From NCBI RefSeq assembly GCF_036507355.1, contig NZ_AP027877.1: a stretch of 64,000 bases of DNA, one strand, 5' to 3'. The position numbers were made by a program, and so were the translations under genes. Of this stretch, positions 57,212 to 64,000 are shown piece by piece. Source of the DNA: Escherichia coli (GTDB taxonomy: Bacteria > Pseudomonadota > Gammaproteobacteria > Enterobacterales > Enterobacteriaceae). Positions within the stretch are counted from its first letter, which is position 1; every line of letters begins with the position of its first letter. Below the pieces are notes generated by a model, which was not told the origin of the DNA, did not search any database, and was given only the letters and a program-made list of their open reading frames with translations.

Positions 57212-58117
57212 TCAGATCCTTTTTACACTAACGGCTTCTTTTTTCTTACGGCTCACCAGCGCCAGTGCCAGCACAATCAGCACAATACCGCTACCTTCAA
57301 CGGTCCCCGGATTCTCGTCGAGCAGCCACCAGGAAAAGAGTACGCCGCAAACGGGAACGGCCAGTGTGCTTAAGCTGGCAATACTGGCAGGCAAGTTTTT
57401 CAATACAAACAACCATAAGCTCCACGCCAACGCCGTCGCCAGAATCGCACTGTAGGCCAGAGCCCAGAACACAGTGGGCTGCCAGTCAATTTCACGTTGC
57501 GGCACCAGTAAAGCGACCACACTCATCACCAGCGCCGCATAGAGCATCTGCCAGGATGTTAACGACAATAAATCCACGCGCGGATGACGGGCATACAGAC
57601 GTTTAGCAACAATCGCGCTCGCCCCCCAACTAACACCGGAGAGGATTGCCAGCATGGCACTTTTCATCGAAGAGAAATCGAGTTGCCACGGCTGCAACAC
57701 CAAAAATAAGCCGAAAGCGGCAATCAGAATCGCGAAATATTGCCCACGTCGCAGGCGTTCACCGAGAAACACCGCGGCGAAAATCACCACCCAGAACGGC
57801 ATGGTATAGCTCAGGATCGCCACCTTCCCCGCTCCGCCGCTGACCAGCGCCCACTGCGCCAGGCCAACCATCCCGCAGGTTTGTAACAGGGCAATGGCTA
57901 AGGTGTATTTAAACGGTGTCGGGCGCATTCCGCGACCACGTAATAAAAGGACGATGAATAAAACGAGAGCGCCGAAAATGCAGCGTAAGGCGGTAAAGTC
58001 GAAGGCACCGATGTAGCTGGTGACTTGCTTCATGAAAATCCAGCTATAACTCCAGATAAGTGTGAGCACAACCAGGCCACTGATTGCCAGTGGGTTGCTC
58101 TTTCCTGCGGCAGACAT
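57212..58117 (-). CDS. yijE: EamA/DMT-family inner membrane transporter YijE
   Basis: Start set at [22 protein letters not shown] (301 aa); ten-span hydrophobic profile. Confidence 0.9.
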   Translation of the reverse strand: MSAAGKSNPLAISGLVVLTLIWSYSWIFMKQVTSYIGAFDFTALRCIFGALVLFIVLLLRGRGMRPTPFKYTLAIALLQTCGMVGLAQWALVSGGAGKVAILSYTMPFWVVIFAAVFLGERLRRGQYFAILIAAFGLFLVLQPWQLDFSSMKSAMLAILSGVSWGASAIVAKRLYARHPRVDLLSLTSWQMLYAALVMSVVALLVPQREIDWQPTVFWALAYSAILATALAWSLWLFVLKNLPASIASLSTLAVPVCGVLFSWWLLDENPGTVEGSGIVLIVLALALVSRKKKEAVSVKRI

Positions 58118-58210
58118 GAGAGATCCAGTGTGTAGTTTTCCTGTGGACACTATACGCCGGTAAAGAAACTTCAGCGACTGCCTGAAAGACAGTCGCTGAA
58201 GAAGGTCAGA

Positions 58211-60520
<2,310 letters not shown>

Positions 60521-60719
60521 GATCGTAATTAAGCTTTTTTGATTATGTCCGAATTCGGACAAATGCTTTATAAAAAAGGGTTTTAGCTTCATATCCTTCA
60601 AGTAATGAGGGAGAAAACAAGGCTGATAACCTTATTTTCCCGCCCTCATTTCGAGGCAGCATTTTGTGCTCTGTTTAAAATTTGTGATCACTGTGTGATT
60701 TTCGCAAAAGCCACACTAT

Positions 60720-61613
<894 letters not shown>

Positions 61614-61654
61614 TTACCTCATCAATCGCTTGTCGTTATATGTTGTGTTGTGCA

Positions 61655-61700
61655 CATCTATCCGTTTAGACGTCCAGATGTAAAGATGAAGGAAAAGCCG
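61655..61700 (-). promoter_or_regulatory. metF promoter with MetJ boxes
   Basis: AGACGTCT-like met boxes (tttagacgtccagatgtaaagatg) lie 50-90 bp upstream of the metF start. Confidence 0.6.
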
Positions 61701-62108
61701 AAGGGCGTCAACCGAAAAATGACCAATGATGGTGAGGAAAAATCAGGGAAGATGAATTTTCTTCATCTGTATATGGGAGTAGATAGGTTCTCTCGCATTA
61801 TCGCGTCGTGAAGTAATGAATAAATGCTTAAGCCATCGGCTGGAAATTTATTTAAATAAGAGTTAATTAATATTCACGACGGTGTTAGCTGAACACTTAT
61901 TTAAATAAAACAAATAGATACCATAATTTGCATTCATTACTGCATGTTTATTATTTGAACTACTTCAAACTATTAATAATTTTTCAAAAATTATGTTGCA
62001 GAGCAATTATGTATCCCCCACGATAAGTAGAACGTTCTACTAGAACGTTCTACTTATACAAAAAAGACTAATTCGCGCAGCTTTATGCGCTATTCGGGGG
62101 AAATCAGC

Positions 62109-63434
62109 ATGAGTCTGATGTCGAGTTTCGTGAAGTCACTTTCTAAATTATCGATGATTGGTCGCGCCCTAATGCTACCAATTTCGCTTCTGCCTGCCGC
62201 GGGGTTGTTACTCGCGTTCGGCGATAAATTCCATTTGCCGTTGATGATGAATGCGGGCGGCATTATTTTTGATAACTTGCCGATGCTTTTTGCTATCGGT
62301 TCCGCCGTAGGGCTGGCTTCTGAATCGGGAATTGCGGCGTTATCCGCAGCCGTTTCCGTTTTTGTCACCAATATCACCATCAGCACCGTACTTAGCATTA
62401 CGCCAGAAATGGCCGGGCAAGGCGGCAAATACGCGATGGTGGTGGGGATCCCAACACTGCAAATGGGCGTTTTTGGCGGCCTGATATGCGGGATTCTGGC
62501 GGCGTGGTGTTACAACCGTTTTCATACAATGCAATTGCCAGAATTCCTTGGTTTTTTCTCCGGAAAACGCTTTGTGGCTATCGCGACGGCTTTTCTCTCC
62601 TTCATTCTTGGCTTGTCACTGCCTTATGTCTGGCAACACATTCAGTCAGGAATCGATGCGTTATCGGTTATCGTTAATGGTAACAACCAGGCAGCATCAA
62701 CCTTTATTTTTGGTGTAACTGAACGGGCGCTCATTCCGCTTGGCCTGCACCACATCTGGTATCCATCGTTTTGGTATTCTTTTGGGGATTACACTACCCA
62801 TGCCGGGCAAATGATTCACGGCGATCAGACGATTTGGTTCAAGATGTTGGAAGAAGGGGTGAAATCATTTAGCAGCGACAGTTATCATGACGCTGGTAAA
62901 TTTATGCAAGGTGAATTCCCACTGATGCTGTTTGCCCTGCCTGCGGCGTGCCTGGCGATGTATCTGCTGCATGCACATATTGCCAAATCCTTCTCTGCGG
63001 GGCTTATTGACTATATTTCGTTTGGTATCCTGCCATCCTTTAATGGCTACGAAACCAACTTCCTGAGCGCCATTATCGTCGGCGTGCCAATGGCGGTGAT
63101 CTACTACTTCACCTTCCGCTTTGTTATTCGTCGTTTTGATGTAAAAACGCCTGGTCGCACCGAAACTACGGTTAGCGCTAATGATAAATCCGATGACGAG
63201 CTGGCAACAGAAATCATCACGCTGCTTGGCGGTCAGCAAAACGTTAAATCGGTAGGTTCCTGCATCACGCGTTTACGTCTGGAAGTCTCTGATAAAGAAG
63301 CGGTGGATCAGGATGGTCTGAATAATATTGGCGCCCGTGGCGTGGTTTTTGTCGGCGATAACGGCATTCAGGTAATTTTTGGCGCGCGAGCGCAATTTAT
63401 CGCGCAAACCATGTCGACGATGATCGGTAAATAG
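62109..63434 (+). CDS. PTS glucose/glucoside-family EIICB component (substrate unknown; alpha-glucoside-type suspected)
   Basis: 441 aa from MSLMSSFVKSL (the in-frame ATG at 62085 is less likely; GGGGGA SD sits before 62109); polytopic EIIC domain plus C-terminal EIIB with active-site Cys in GSCITRLRLEVSD; not expected upstream of metF in K-12. Confidence 0.8.
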   Translation: MSLMSSFVKSLSKLSMIGRALMLPISLLPAAGLLLAFGDKFHLPLMMNAGGIIFDNLPMLFAIGSAVGLASESGIAALSAAVSVFVTNITISTVLSITPEMAGQGGKYAMVVGIPTLQMGVFGGLICGILAAWCYNRFHTMQLPEFLGFFSGKRFVAIATAFLSFILGLSLPYVWQHIQSGIDALSVIVNGNNQAASTFIFGVTERALIPLGLHHIWYPSFWYSFGDYTTHAGQMIHGDQTIWFKMLEEGVKSFSSDSYHDAGKFMQGEFPLMLFALPAACLAMYLLHAHIAKSFSAGLIDYISFGILPSFNGYETNFLSAIIVGVPMAVIYYFTFRFVIRRFDVKTPGRTETTVSANDKSDDELATEIITLLGGQQNVKSVGSCITRLRLEVSDKEAVDQDGLNNIGARGVVFVGDNGIQVIFGARAQFIAQTMSTMIGK

Positions 63435-63515
63435 CCTTAAGATTACTCGATGTCAGAGGTTCTGGTCCCTGACCAGAACCTTCTTGCTATTTAAAGAATC
63501 AACGTTGTTCAGGGA

Positions 63516-64000
63516 GTGAGTTTGAAGAAAGTCAGCATAATTGATGTTGCTAAAAGAGCCGGAGTTTCCGTCTCTACCGTGTCGCTAGTGCTGCGCCAGA
63601 AAGGGAAAATCTCAGAGGCGACCATCGGGAAAGTTCATGCTGCTATTGACGAACTGGGCTACGTGCATAATGTTGCCGCCGCCAATTTACGTTCCCACAC
63701 TTCAAATCTTATCGGACTGATTTTACGTGATTTTAGCGATAGCTTTTCCATCAAAGTGATGGCTAGCATTGTTCAGGAACTGGAAGCCAAGGGCTATATG
63801 GTATTCCTTGGGCAACCACAGAACGAACATGAACATCTTGAACGTTGTTTACTTTCCTTCAAGCAACAAGGTGTTGCCGGAGTGATTTATCTGGCTTCCG
63901 ATGCGCATCGTGAAACCCTACCCACACTAATCCGCCAGTGTTCGCTTCCCCTTGTCGTCGCGTCACAAACGCCCATCAAAGATGAGTGCAACCTGGTGTT
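63516..64000 (+). CDS. LacI/GalR-family transcriptional regulator, N-terminal part (3' end outside window)
   Basis: HTH IIDVAKRAGVSVSTVSLVLRQKGKISEATIGKVHAAIDELGYVHNVAAANL; start at GTG 63516 or TTG 63522, preceded by an AGGGAG SD. Confidence 0.75.
   Translation, partial: MSLKKVSIIDVAKRAGVSVSTVSLVLRQKGKISEATIGKVHAAIDELGYVHNVAAANLRSHTSNLIGLILRDFSDSFSIKVMASIVQELEAKGYMVFLGQPQNEHEHLERCLLSFKQQGVAGVIYLASDAHRETLPTLIRQCSLPLVVASQTPIKDECNLV

Overview
This window is a largely core Escherichia coli chromosomal segment, read as the reverse complement of the K-12 map order thiGH - yjaZ - rpoCB - rplLJAK - nusG - secE - tufB - thrT/glyT/tyrU/thrU - coaA - birA - murB - rrnB (5S, 23S, tRNA-Glu, 16S) - murI - btuB - trmA - yijD - fabR - sthA - oxyR/oxyS - argHBC/argE - ppc - eptC - yijO - frwD - pflCD - frwBC - ptsA - fsaB - gldA - yijF - yijE - katG - metF. 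All calls rest on reading the supplied six-frame translations and the nucleotide sequence against remembered E. coli proteins and RNAs; no database search was run. Two short stretches are not part of the K-12 arrangement as I remember it: (1) a two-gene module (M20D amidohydrolase plus MHS-type MFS transporter) between fabR and sthA, and (2) a glucose-family PTS EIICB gene plus a LacI-family regulator upstream of metF, where K-12 has metL, preceded by conspicuous palindromic repeats. Neither carries integrase, transposase, phage, CRISPR or recognisable defence genes, so I found no convincing novel system here; the two inserts are ordinary-looking metabolic accessory modules and are the only candidates. 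Other features of note are the btuB cobalamin riboswitch, oxyS, REP/BIME repeats, an rrn terminator that differs from what I recall for K-12 rrnB, and the functionally unresolved frw/pfl cluster.
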